From: Acidobacteriota bacterium
GTDB lineage: Bacteria > Acidobacteriota > UBA6911 > JACQSX01
DNA: 28,748 nt
Direction of reading: 5' to 3'
NCBI GenBank assembly: GCA_036507075.1
Contig: DASXQR010000046.1
Coordinates: 1-28,748, forward strand
A program made the translations under genes and the position numbers. The notes beneath the pieces were generated by a model. The model searched no databases. It saw nothing but the letters and a program-made list of their open reading frames with translations, and had not been told where the DNA came from. Position 1 is the first letter of the stretch. Every line of letters begins with the position of its first letter. Shown here piece after piece: positions 1-9,396 of this stretch.

Positions 1-71
1 AACTAAGGGCGGACAAGTTGGAGCTTGTCGCACGCAGCTAATGACGCTTGGAATCATTGCCGGGTCGATTG

Positions 72-309
72 CTCTGGAAGTTCATGTCCCTTGACCAGGT
101 GACTGAAGCATTCTTAGATGAAAACATTCAACGTGAATGTCAAAGGCGTCCTGTTCACTGTGCAGAAACCGCTGCCGCTGATGAGGTCCGGGTCGGCCAT
201 CGTGTTGAATGCCTCGATCAACGGCCATAAGGCGGTGCTCAACTCCTCCGTCTACGCCGCGTCCAAGGCTGCGGTCCTCAACTTGACCAAAAACCTCTCG
301 ACGGGCTGA
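72..309 (+). pseudogene. Short-chain dehydrogenase/reductase (SDR) internal fragment, frameshifted and truncated
   Basis: KFMSLDQVTEAFLDE in one frame continues as TFNVNVKGVLFTVQ...VYAASKAAV (YxxxK catalytic motif) in another; no N-terminal TGxxxGIG; ends at the repeat element at 308. Confidence 0.8.
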
Positions 310-562
310 CTAAGGCCTGTCACCCAGGCGGACGCGTAATGACTGACGGATTTGAAATTTGACTTGAACGCCTTCTGTTTTCCCGGCGCAGACCAGGGAA
401 GATGTCCGCTGAACTCCGCCCGCTGCGATTATCCGCGGGACTTCGCGCTTGCGAATTAGAGAAACCGACAGCGATAAGCGAAATCTTGGCCACTGCAAAC
501 ATCAGCATCTGGAAAAAAAATCTACATCCTGAGGTAAATTTGCGGGGTGACAGGCACTGGTC
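308..562. mobile_element. Small non-autonomous element (MITE-like) with terminal inverted repeats
   Basis: GACTAAGGCCTGTCACCC at 308-325 and GGGTGACAGGCACTGGTC at 545-562 are inverted; the left ~100 bp recurs at 17164-17269 and 17289-17366; no transposase. Confidence 0.55.
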
Positions 563-579
563 CTTCTCAGAAAGACCAC

Positions 580-891
580 GCCCAGTTGTTCATCGGCGAC
601 AAAGGGATGCTGTTCAGTGACGGGCCCGGCGCCCACGGTTGCTGCCTGAAGAGCAGTTCAAAGACTACCCGACGCCGCCTGAAACGCTCCCGCGTTCGCC
701 CGGCCACTATAACGAGTGGATCCTGGCGTGCAAATGCCTCGGCTCGGCGCCCGTCTCGAACTTTCCGGCTGGACCACCGAGTCGAACCACCCCGGCAGCG
801 TGGCCTACGGACTGGAAAGAAGATTGAGTGGGATTATGCAAAGCTGCGCGCCAGTAACGCCCCGGAAGTGGACAAGTTCATCCGTCGCTGA
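580..891 (+). pseudogene. Gfo/Idh/MocA-family oxidoreductase C-terminal fragment, several frameshifts
   Basis: Pieces LFIGDKGMLFSD / LLPEEQFKDYPTPPETLPRSPGHYNEWILACK / TESNH / RTGKKIEWDYAKLRASNAPEVDKFIRR spread over three frames. Confidence 0.75.
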
Positions 892-906
892 GAGACTCAA
901 ACACGT

Positions 907-937
907 AAATAGTGGGCACAGTTGAAGATTTACTTTC
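907..937 (+). repeat. 31-bp direct repeat, copy 1 (copy 2 at 18255-18285)
   Basis: AAATAG(TG/CA)GGCACAGTTGAAGATTTACTTTC; last 23 bp identical in both copies. Confidence 0.9.
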
Positions 938-1013
938 GAGGGTTCTGTTTGAGTCTTAGGCGCCGACACGAGTTTCCGGAGTTGCCTTCAGTTACTCATG
1001 CCTTCCACGCATG

Positions 1014-1076
1014 GATCATATGATCTAAATCTCTTGAAAAATTCTATTGTTTTTCTGAAGTTAAGATCATATGATC
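1014..1076 (+). promoter_or_regulatory. Sigma70-like promoter with two perfect palindromic operators
   Basis: GATCATATGATC at 1014-1025 and 1065-1076; TTGTTT (1047-1052), 17 bp, TATGAT (1070-1075), with the -10 inside the second palindrome. Confidence 0.7.
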
Positions 1077-1127
1077 AAAAGAGGCAGAATCCACGAATGC
1101 TGTTTTTTCTATTGCTAGGAATTCCTA

Positions 1128-1493
1128 TTGGAACGCAACTTACGAGAGCAACTGGCCAGTTTGGCTCGAAGTAGAAAAACTCGGCGGGTAGCGTATGAAT
1201 TCCCATGTGAATGGAAACCTAGTGAGGTGGTCAACCCCTGCGACGGCCTCGTATTTACCGACGTCGGCGCCTGGGAGTTCATAGCAGAACTACTCGAAGC
1301 AGACCATCCGATTGAAATCGTGAAGCTTGCAAAACCTCAGGGTCGAACGGCGTTCGTGATGAAGGTGGAAATGGGAAACGAGTATCCGAGGCTGTACATA
1401 AAGCTTCAGGCAGGCAGTGGCCAGGTCCTTGGGCGCAGTTTCCATTACAGCGAGCACGGCCGAGGAGTAAGAAAAGATGAAAACGAACAATAG
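1128..1493 (+). CDS. MqsR-like (RelE-fold) putative toxin
   Basis: 121 aa, C-terminal LYIKL...SFH signature as in MqsR-type RNases; overlaps an MqsA-like gene; TTG start uncertain. Confidence 0.65.
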   Translation: MERNLREQLASLARSRKTRRVAYEFPCEWKPSEVVNPCDGLVFTDVGAWEFIAELLEADHPIEIVKLAKPQGRTAFVMKVEMGNEYPRLYIKLQAGSGQVLGRSFHYSEHGRGVRKDENEQ

Positions 1494-2019
1494 TTTAGGC
1501 GAAATTTCTCCGAGTATTTTGAGTTGTCCTAATTGCGATAGCAACTTGATCGAAACTCAAACGGTTGAGCACCAATTCAAATACGGAGTCGGAAGCGACG
1601 CAGCAGAACTCGTAGCAGACCTCCCGGTCAGAATTTGCAAACGTTGCAATTTAAAATTCTTAGATGAGGCTGCTGAGGTACTGAAGCACGAAGCGATATG
1701 CCGGCATCTAGGCGTTTTAACGCCGGCTGAAATTATGGAGGTCAGACAGGAGTATCAACTAAGCCGAGCAGAATTTTGCGAAATTACAAAAATCGGGGAG
1801 GCAACGCTGGGACGTTGGGAGAGAGGAGCGCTCATTCAGAATGCTGCAAACGATCAATTCCTTTGCCTGCTGAAATTCCCCGAGAATCTCGAACGTCTAA
1901 AACAGCGGAGCAAAGGTTGTTTTCAGAAAGATACAAGTAAACGATTTAAGTTTCTTCAGCCTGATGTTGATCTTTGGACGAAGGCTCGCTGTTTCAGATT
2001 GCGACGGCTAGGAGCTTGA
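1477..2019 (+). CDS. mqsA: MqsA-family antitoxin (Zn ribbon + XRE HTH)
   Basis: CPNC...CKRC zinc ligands, then LTPAEIMEVRQEYQLSRAEFCEITKIGEATLGRWERG HTH; extra C-terminal tail. Confidence 0.85.
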   Translation: MKTNNSLGEISPSILSCPNCDSNLIETQTVEHQFKYGVGSDAAELVADLPVRICKRCNLKFLDEAAEVLKHEAICRHLGVLTPAEIMEVRQEYQLSRAEFCEITKIGEATLGRWERGALIQNAANDQFLCLLKFPENLERLKQRSKGCFQKDTSKRFKFLQPDVDLWTKARCFRLRRLGA

Positions 2020-3831
2020 ATGTACGTACTTACGTTTTATTCGTTTAAAGGCGGCGTGGGGCGAAGTATGGCTCTGATGAATGTTGCAGCCAGTCTCGCT
2101 GAGACAGGCCGCAGAGTTTTGGTTGCGGATTTTGATTTGGAAGCTCCAGGCCTCGATACTTTCGGAATACCTAAGCCATCGGGCCCTACAGCTGGCTTAA
2201 TTGAATATGTAACGACATATTTGAAAACGTCTACATCCCCGCATTTGCTGGATTATGTATACGAATCCGTAGGTATAGGAAAGGACGGCGGCCGCTTGTG
2301 GGTTATGCCTGCCGGTCGACGGGATATGTCATATGCTCAGCAACTTAATTCTATTGATTGGCAGGAACTCTACGCGCGCCAGGATGGATTTCTTATGTTT
2401 GAGGATCTTAGGCTTCAGTGGAGAGAACTCCTTAAACCGGATTATGTCCTAATCGACTCTAGAACTGGCCACACTGACGTAGGAGGAATTTGCACTCGGC
2501 AGCTTCCGGATACTGTAGTCGTTTTCTTCTTTCCCAATGATCAGAATTTGATTGGTCTTCAGCAGATAGTTAGCGAAATACGTGCGGAACGCAAACCGCC
2601 ACAGAATAAGGAAATCCAGCTTATGTTCGTAGCGTCGAACGTCCCAAACCTTGATGACGAAGAGGAGATTCTAGCCGACCGCCTGAGGATCTTTCGTGAG
2701 CGCCTGAAATACCGGGAGTTGGCCGCCACTATCCAAAGGTACGACAGCCTGACTCTGTTAAACCAAAGCATTTTTACCAAAGAGCGACCCCGAACTAGTC
2801 TTGCTAGACAATATCATCAGCTTGCCAAGACTATTATCGAACAGAATCCGGAAGATGCGGAGGGAGCAGTCACATTTATTGAACACCTCAGTGCAGGGCG
2901 TTTAAGAGGGCGGCCATGGCGCCAGCAAGATCTGTCGAAACGTCTTGATTCAATTCAGCGGCTTCATTCAACCGACAAGCAGGTGTTAGTTGCACTTGCT
3001 AAGTATCGAAAGCTGCAGGGCCTCCACAAAGATGCAATTGATCTCTTCGATAGAGTTGAGCAGCTGGGGCTAAAGACAGCCGAGGTATTTGTTGAACGTG
3101 CAGAAAGTAAATTGGTTTTAGAAGCAGCGGATGGTGCCAAGAACGACCTCTTTGAAGCTTTACAGACGACCGGTGGCTCGTCAACTCACATTTTAAGGGC
3201 GATTCGTTTGATTGGCCAGATCGACGACCAGCTTTTGCCGAAAGCTGTAATTCTAAACGGTGTCTCAGGGCTCGATGCAGGCCAAAGGTATGTCCTGGTG
3301 AAGGATTTGCAGCGCTCATATGCTGGTCATGAGGCAGTGCTAAAGCTCTTTGGAATAGAATCTGGCATTGGACCTATTAGCAGCAATATAAAAGCGGATA
3401 TAGTCCTTAGCCTTATCGGCTTGGGACGTTACAGAGAGGCCATGCAGACGATTAGCCTCATAAGAGATCCGGAGAGCTTTGATGTCGTCGAAGCATTTAA
3501 CTACGCCATGGCGGAATGGGGAGATACAGGTGTGCCTCCGGCCGATTTGTTCCGTCGGGCAGCAGCCTTCAGTAAGCAGTTTGACACTGGCAATTTCAAA
3601 CAATGCATGGCGGTGAGTTTTTGGGCAATCGGGAACGTTGCCGAGGCCAGACAGTCTTTAGACAAATCACGGGAGATCAAAAAACGAGTTTCTGGTACGG
3701 AATTCAGTTGTTGGCGGTATCTGCAGGTCGAAGATGACGAGTTTTTTACAGACCTTGGAGAAATCGAACAATTACTAGAAGGCAGCACTCTGTTGCCGTA
3801 CTTTATGAGGCGTCAAACGGCGACAAATTGA
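2020..3831 (+). CDS. ParA/MinD-like ATPase (KGGVGR variant) fused to a TPR-like helical region
   Basis: TFYSFKGGVGRS deviant Walker A, DFDLEAPG, YVLIDSRTG; helical repeat-like C-terminal half; ATG directly follows the mqsA stop. Confidence 0.85.
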   Translation: MYVLTFYSFKGGVGRSMALMNVAASLAETGRRVLVADFDLEAPGLDTFGIPKPSGPTAGLIEYVTTYLKTSTSPHLLDYVYESVGIGKDGGRLWVMPAGRRDMSYAQQLNSIDWQELYARQDGFLMFEDLRLQWRELLKPDYVLIDSRTGHTDVGGICTRQLPDTVVVFFFPNDQNLIGLQQIVSEIRAERKPPQNKEIQLMFVASNVPNLDDEEEILADRLRIFRERLKYRELAATIQRYDSLTLLNQSIFTKERPRTSLARQYHQLAKTIIEQNPEDAEGAVTFIEHLSAGRLRGRPWRQQDLSKRLDSIQRLHSTDKQVLVALAKYRKLQGLHKDAIDLFDRVEQLGLKTAEVFVERAESKLVLEAADGAKNDLFEALQTTGGSSTHILRAIRLIGQIDDQLLPKAVILNGVSGLDAGQRYVLVKDLQRSYAGHEAVLKLFGIESGIGPISSNIKADIVLSLIGLGRYREAMQTISLIRDPESFDVVEAFNYAMAEWGDTGVPPADLFRRAAAFSKQFDTGNFKQCMAVSFWAIGNVAEARQSLDKSREIKKRVSGTEFSCWRYLQVEDDEFFTDLGEIEQLLEGSTLLPYFMRRQTATN

Positions 3832-3996
3832 CACACTGACGACGTGACGTCCGGTAAGGTTTCATGATCCGGGCCAATAATTCGAATCATAGAGGTATCG
3901 CAAGAGGCGATACTTTCTTTTATGCGTCTCACCATCAAATGATGTAATTTACTGAAAACTGGACTTTCTCACCGAGGAATTCAATCCTGGTAATAA

Positions 3997-4118
3997 TGAA
4001 GAAGCCGTTGCTGAAATGAAGCCGGTTTTGAAAACGCCACGATGAAAGTCCCCCGTGCACTCGTTCCAGAGGTCCGACAATTAATTGCAAAGAGAAGGAA
4101 GGCTCGTGCAAAGAAGAC
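3997..4118 (+). pseudogene. C-terminal remnant of an antitoxin-like protein of the DUF4258-partner type
   Basis: With one frameshift reads NEEAVAE-EAGFENATMKVPRALVPEVRQLIAKRRK, resembling from memory the EEAVAEDEA...MEVP.ELVP.VRELIAK tail of such proteins; directly precedes attC. Confidence 0.55.
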
Positions 4119-4215
4119 GCGTAGCAAAACATTGCAGCCGTCCAGGCGCGCGACGGTAACCCACCCTTGCAACAGTTTGCTTGCCCCGCTTGCGGCCGAA
4201 CGTAAAACGTTATGC
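4119..4215 (+). other. attC site 1 (slightly degenerate)
   Basis: R'' GCGTAGC (4119-4125), 5 nt, L'' ATTGCAGCCG ... CGGCCGAAC L', 7 nt, R' GTTATGC (4209-4215). Confidence 0.7.
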
Positions 4216-4258
4216 AGAAGCAGACGACCCGCTGCGGTCGCCCAATGAAGGCTGACCC

Positions 4259-6703
4259 GTGGCTCTGAAGAAATCCCAGCTCTACAGCTCGATCTGGCAA
4301 AGCTGCGACGAACTGCGCGGCGGCATGGACGCATCGCAGTACAAGGACTACGTCCTCACACTACTGTTTATGAAGTACGTGTCGGACAAGCACGCCGGCA
4401 AGTCTGACGCGCTCATCGAAGTGCCCAAGGGAGGCGGCTTCGCCGACATGGTGAAGCTGAAGGGCGACAAGGAGATCGGCGACAAGATCAACAAGATTAT
4501 CGGCCGGCTCGCCGAGGCCAACGACCTCAGCGGCGTGATCGATCAAGCCGACTTCAACGACGAGAGCAAGCTCGGCGCGGGCAAGGAGATGCAGGATAGG
4601 CTCTCGAAGCTGGTCGCGATCTTCGATGGCCTCGATTTCCGCGCCAACCGCGCTGAAGGCGATGACCTCCTGGGCGACGCCTACGAGTACCTGATGCGCC
4701 ACTTCGCCACGGAGAGTGGCAAGAGCAAGGGGCAGTTCTACACCCCGGCTGAGGTGTCCCGCATCATGGCTCAAGTGGTTGGCATCGGCGCCGACACCCG
4801 GCAGGACCAGACCATCTACGACCCCACCTGCGGCTCAGGATCGCTGCTGCTCAAGGCGGCAGACCAGGCGCCGCACGGCATCACCATCTACGGTCAGGAA
4901 AACGACGTTGCCACATGGGCGCTAGCGCGAATGAACATGTTCCTGCATGCCCATCCGACCCACGATCTTTGGCGCGGCAACACGCTCGCCGCACCGCATT
5001 TCAAGAATGAAGACGACAGTCTCAAGACCTTTGACTTCGCGGTGGCGAATCCGCCCTTCTCCGCTAAGGCCTGGTCCAGCGGGCTCGACCCGGCCAACGA
5101 CGCGTTCCGGCGTTTCAAGTACGGCATCCCGCCTGCCAAGAACGGGGACTACGCTTTCCTTCTGCACCTGATCGCCTCGCTCAAGAGCAACGGCAAAGGC
5201 GCGATCATCCTGCCACACGGCGTGCTCTTCCGCGGCAACAAGGAGGCCGACATCCGCCGCAACCTCATCCAGCGTGGCCTCATCAAGGGCATCATCGGCC
5301 TGCCCGCGAACCTCTTCTACGGCACCGGCATCCCGGCCTGCATCGTGGTTATTGATAAGGAGAACGCCCACGCCCGCACTGGCATCTTCATGATCAACGC
5401 CAGCAAGGGTTTCCTCAAGGACGGCAATAAAAACCGCCTGCGTGCCCAGGACATCCATAAGATCGTGGACGTATTCAACCGGCAAGTCGAGCTGCCGCGC
5501 TATGCGCGCATGGTGCCGGTGAGCGAGATCGCGAGCCCCTCTAACGACTACAACCTCAACATCCCCCGCTACATCGATTCGAGCGAGCCAGAGGATCTGC
5601 ACGACCTCGACGCGCACCTGAACGGCGGCATCCCCAATCGCGACATCGACGCGCTCGATGCCTACTGGACCGTCTTCCCCTCGCTGCGCCAGGCGCTGTT
5701 CAAGGATCATGGCCGGACGGGCTACAGCGTGACCCGCGTCGAGACGCACCAGGTGAAGCCCGCCATCCTCGGCCATTCTGAGTTCAGCGCTTATGCGAGG
5801 AGCGTCGGGGCCGTCATCAATGTCTGGTGCAAGGCGCACGAGCCGCAGCTCAAGGGCCTCAAGGTCAATGACCTTCCAAGACAGGTCATCCACACCCTGT
5901 CGGAAGACCTGTTCGCAAGCCTCGGCGACTTGCCGCTGCTAAGCCGCTACGACGTCTACCAGCGCTTGATGGACTACTGGGCGGAGACGATGCAGGACGA
6001 TGTGTACCTGATCGCCGCGGACGGCTGGGTCGAGGCCGCCAAACCGCGCGGGATCATCGACGACAAGGAAAAAAAGATCAAGGAAACGCCGGACCTGACC
6101 ATCGGCCGCAAAAAGTACAAGATGGACCTGGTCCCGCCGACACTGATCGCCGCGCGCTACTTCGCCAAGGAGCAAGCCTCCATCGACGCGTTACAAACCA
6201 AACAGGAAATCGCTGCCCGCGAGTTGGAGGAATTCGTCGAGGAACACACCGGCGACGAGGGCTTGCTGACGGACGCCACCAACGACAAGGGCAAGGTCAC
6301 CAAGGGCGGCGTGAAGGACCGGATCAAGGCTGTCGAAGGTGAGTCGGAAAACGACGAAGAGCGCGATGCCCTTACGCGTTGCCTGGAGCTGATCGAAGCG
6401 GACAGTGACGCCAGCAAGGCCGTCAAGGACGCCCAGGCTGCACTTGATGAGCAGGTGCTGGCAAAGTACGTCACGCTCACAGATGCCGAGATCAAGACAT
6501 TGGTGGTCGAGGACAAGTGGTTCGCCAGCATCCGCGACGGCATCGAGGGCGAGGTGCAGCGGCTGACCCAGCAACTGGCCGAGCGGGTGAAGGAACTGGA
6601 AGGACGCTACGCCCGGCCGCTGCCGGAACTGGAGCAGGGGGTGGAGGCGTTCACCGCCAAGGTCGAGGGACACTTTAAGAAGATGGGACTGGTTTGGGGA
6701 TGA
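4259..6703 (+). CDS. hsdM: Type I RM N6-adenine methyltransferase subunit M (long form)
   Basis: GQFYTP, DPTCGSGS (motif I), NPPF (motif IV), LPHGVLFRG. Confidence 0.97.
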   Translation: MALKKSQLYSSIWQSCDELRGGMDASQYKDYVLTLLFMKYVSDKHAGKSDALIEVPKGGGFADMVKLKGDKEIGDKINKIIGRLAEANDLSGVIDQADFNDESKLGAGKEMQDRLSKLVAIFDGLDFRANRAEGDDLLGDAYEYLMRHFATESGKSKGQFYTPAEVSRIMAQVVGIGADTRQDQTIYDPTCGSGSLLLKAADQAPHGITIYGQENDVATWALARMNMFLHAHPTHDLWRGNTLAAPHFKNEDDSLKTFDFAVANPPFSAKAWSSGLDPANDAFRRFKYGIPPAKNGDYAFLLHLIASLKSNGKGAIILPHGVLFRGNKEADIRRNLIQRGLIKGIIGLPANLFYGTGIPACIVVIDKENAHARTGIFMINASKGFLKDGNKNRLRAQDIHKIVDVFNRQVELPRYARMVPVSEIASPSNDYNLNIPRYIDSSEPEDLHDLDAHLNGGIPNRDIDALDAYWTVFPSLRQALFKDHGRTGYSVTRVETHQVKPAILGHSEFSAYARSVGAVINVWCKAHEPQLKGLKVNDLPRQVIHTLSEDLFASLGDLPLLSRYDVYQRLMDYWAETMQDDVYLIAADGWVEAAKPRGIIDDKEKKIKETPDLTIGRKKYKMDLVPPTLIAARYFAKEQASIDALQTKQEIAARELEEFVEEHTGDEGLLTDATNDKGKVTKGGVKDRIKAVEGESENDEERDALTRCLELIEADSDASKAVKDAQAALDEQVLAKYVTLTDAEIKTLVVEDKWFASIRDGIEGEVQRLTQQLAERVKELEGRYARPLPELEQGVEAFTAKVEGHFKKMGLVWG

Positions 6704-7995
6704 GCACTGAGGCCAGACAGGTCAAGGAACCTTCCGCCAGCAACTTGGCCCAGGCCGACGTGGCCGACGTACCGCCGGGCTACAAACGTACTGAGGCGGG
6801 AGTGATTCCGCAAGATTGGAACGCAGAGCCGCTTCTGACCGTGCTTCGGCTCCCGACGGGTCAGGTTGACCCGCGTCGCGAGCCATACCGCTCGATGGTA
6901 CTGGTTGCACCTGATCACGTAGAAGTGGCAACAGGTCGCCTACTCACGAGGGAGACATCGGCTGAGCAGCAGGCTATCAGCGGCAAGTACCCGTTCAGGT
7001 CGGGAGACATTGTCTACAGCAAGATTCGCCCTTACCTGCGAAAAGCAATCCTTGCGGACTTCGACGGTCTTTGTAGTGCGGACATGTATCCGCTGTCACC
7101 GACACCCGATGTCTCACCCGGCTTCATGCTGGCAGTTCTACTGGGTCACGACTTCTCGACCTTTGCTGAAGGTGTCTCTGCGCGCAGTGGCATTCCGAAG
7201 ATCAACAGAGATGAACTAGCTGAGTACCGTGTCGCCCTCCCTTCGCACCCCGAACAACGCGCCATCGCCGAGGTGTTATCGGATGTGGCTGGATTGCTCG
7301 GGGCGTTGGAGACGCTAATCGCCAAGAAACGGGCCATCAAGCAGGGCGCCATGCAACAACTCCTCACCGGCAAGACCCGCCTGCCGGGCTTCAGCGGGGA
7401 GTGGGACGCGAAGCGGCTGGGGGACTTCGCGTCGATCCGCAATCAGAAGCTGCTTCCAGCCAACCTGGCTCCAGAGACCCCGTGCGTGGAACTGGAGCAT
7501 ATTGGTCAAAACGACGGGCGGCTGCTGGCGTGTTCAGCGGCAAAGAATTCAACATCGATCAAGTACAAGTTCCTAACTGGCGATGTGCTGTTTGGCCGCC
7601 TTCGTTCGTATCTTCGCAAGTTCTGGCTCGCCGACCGTGACGGAATCTGCACGACAGAGATATGGCCACTGGTTGTCGATCCTCAGCAGGCTGTCGGCGG
7701 GTTTCTTCATGCTGTCGTGCAAACCGATCGGTTCATCGAGGCTTCGAGCATTTCATACGGCACTCACATGCCACGTGCAGACTGGGGAGTGATGCGAAAC
7801 TTCGAGATCTATCTTCCCCAATTAGATGAACAGACTGCTATCGCGACAGTCCTTTCGGACATGTATGCCGAGATCGTCGCGCTGGAGCACCGCCGCGACA
7901 AGACCCGCGCGATCAAGCAGGGCATGATGCAGCAGCTCCTCACCGGCCGCCTGCGGTTGGTGAAGCCGGCATCGCAACCGGAGGCGGCGTGCTGA
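6700..7995 (+). CDS. hsdS: Type I RM specificity subunit S
   Basis: Two TRDs each followed by EQxAIAxVLSD...AIKQGxMQQLLTG; ATGA overlap with the hsdM stop. Confidence 0.95.
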   Translation: MSTEARQVKEPSASNLAQADVADVPPGYKRTEAGVIPQDWNAEPLLTVLRLPTGQVDPRREPYRSMVLVAPDHVEVATGRLLTRETSAEQQAISGKYPFRSGDIVYSKIRPYLRKAILADFDGLCSADMYPLSPTPDVSPGFMLAVLLGHDFSTFAEGVSARSGIPKINRDELAEYRVALPSHPEQRAIAEVLSDVAGLLGALETLIAKKRAIKQGAMQQLLTGKTRLPGFSGEWDAKRLGDFASIRNQKLLPANLAPETPCVELEHIGQNDGRLLACSAAKNSTSIKYKFLTGDVLFGRLRSYLRKFWLADRDGICTTEIWPLVVDPQQAVGGFLHAVVQTDRFIEASSISYGTHMPRADWGVMRNFEIYLPQLDEQTAIATVLSDMYAEIVALEHRRDKTRAIKQGMMQQLLTGRLRLVKPASQPEAAC

Positions 7996-8525
7996 ACACC
8001 TTCGCCAAGTTTCTTCTGGTCTCAACTTCCTTGTCCCCGCTGTTGGGCGCGGTAGCCGTTAACCAATTCGCCCGTGGCGAGCCCATGGGGCGCTGGGGTG
8101 CTTGGCTGGTTGCAGCTCTGCTCCTGGTGTTCCTCTGCTGGGCTCTCTTGCGATACTCGGCCAAGAACGCGCAACAGCACGCTTTCCGCATCAAGGAGTT
8201 CGAGCGCAACGACAAGGAAGTGCTGGCTTTTCTAGTCACGTATCTACTGCCGTTTCTATCCACCGACAAGATGGGCTTCACCGGCAGCTGGCTAACGGGT
8301 GCATATGTGCTCGCCATCATCTTTCTCGTCATCGCTCATGCAGGCGCGTTTCACTTCAACCCGGTCATGGGGCTGCTCGGATATCACTTCTATGCCGTCA
8401 AGAACGACGACGGTATTTCCCATCTGCTGATCAGCAAGGAAGAGTTGCGGCGGCCGGGCAAGGACGTTCCGACAGTGCGGCTCGCTCACAACCTCTATCT
8501 GCACACCGGGGGTGCGGATGCTTGA
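7989..8525 (+). CDS. kwaA: Kiwa KwaA-like membrane protein
   Basis: Four hydrophobic segments, TYLLPF and FNPVMGLLGYHFY motifs; directly upstream of a KwaB-like gene. Confidence 0.7.
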   Translation: MLNTFAKFLLVSTSLSPLLGAVAVNQFARGEPMGRWGAWLVAALLLVFLCWALLRYSAKNAQQHAFRIKEFERNDKEVLAFLVTYLLPFLSTDKMGFTGSWLTGAYVLAIIFLVIAHAGAFHFNPVMGLLGYHFYAVKNDDGISHLLISKEELRRPGKDVPTVRLAHNLYLHTGGADA

Positions 8526-9396
8526 GAACTTCCAGCTTGTGGCGGTCGTCAAGCAAGGCCAGATTCGTCTGCTGCGGATTCCACTTCATCAGAGTTTGCA
8601 GCAGAAGCTTGCGGAGAGCTGGCAAGTTCAGTTCGACGCATTTGTCGGAGACGTACAGGAGATCGACTTCAACCCCGGCTACCAGCCGGAGCAGCACGAA
8701 CGCTTCTGTCTGCAAGACTATGACCTGCCCGACTCGTTGGCGAACGAAACCAGCCAGACAATTCAGAACCTCGACCCAATCAATAACAACGAAGCGCTCG
8801 TCGATTCGATCAAGGGCATCGTGGCCTTCGCGCGCGACGCCGAGGGAGCGGAACTTGTATTATTTCAGAATTTCAGCCGCTCCCACGTGATCCAGCCCGG
8901 ACGCTTTCTGTTCCTGCAGAACAATACCTATAAGACAACGGAACACTCGGGGCTGACCCTCGACAGCAGATTGAGCGCTGTGTATCTGCCCGTCGACAGG
9001 AAGCTGCTCTTCCACAACTTCCGCACTGTCAATAGTTTTCTGCCGCTAGCCGACTTCTATGAGGAGGCCTCGGAGCAGCAGATTCGCGACGTGCTGGCTC
9101 ACGAGCGACTGGCCGCGGAGGACGCGGACGCCTTGGCGACGGATTCCAATCAATGGTTTCGTAAGCGGTTTGCGATGCTCAGGGATTCAGGTGTCCTCGA
9201 CCAGTACTCCGCGAAGCAGATCCAACAGCGGGCAAAGGGGTACGACGTGGAAGTTCATATCTCAAAGGGCAAGATCGTCTTTCCCGCGGAGAAGCCGGCG
9301 GCCAAGAAGCTATTGCAGTTTCTGAATGAAGAGCTCTTCCTGGGAGCGATTACCGACACACTGTACGAAACCAACTCAAAGAGGGAAGCTGACTGA
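8518..9396 (+). CDS. kwaB: Kiwa KwaB-like (DUF4868) protein
   Basis: ~290 aa soluble; LFQNF, GLTLD, LLFHNF and terminal LLQFLNEELF...YETNSKR pattern typical of DUF4868. Confidence 0.75.
   Translation: MLENFQLVAVVKQGQIRLLRIPLHQSLQQKLAESWQVQFDAFVGDVQEIDFNPGYQPEQHERFCLQDYDLPDSLANETSQTIQNLDPINNNEALVDSIKGIVAFARDAEGAELVLFQNFSRSHVIQPGRFLFLQNNTYKTTEHSGLTLDSRLSAVYLPVDRKLLFHNFRTVNSFLPLADFYEEASEQQIRDVLAHERLAAEDADALATDSNQWFRKRFAMLRDSGVLDQYSAKQIQQRAKGYDVEVHISKGKIVFPAEKPAAKKLLQFLNEELFLGAITDTLYETNSKREAD

Noticed and set aside
1128..3831. MqsRA-ATPase operon or the AlbA_2 gene as further cassettes
   Set aside because: No convincing RYYYAAC...GTTRRRY site after their stop codons (3831, 17133)
2020..3831. 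Plasmid partition ParA
   Set aside because: No parB or rep; KGGVGR variant with a long helical extension differs from partition ATPases
4042..4248. 68-aa ORF as a real gene
   Set aside because: It is a pseudogene tail reading through attC site 1
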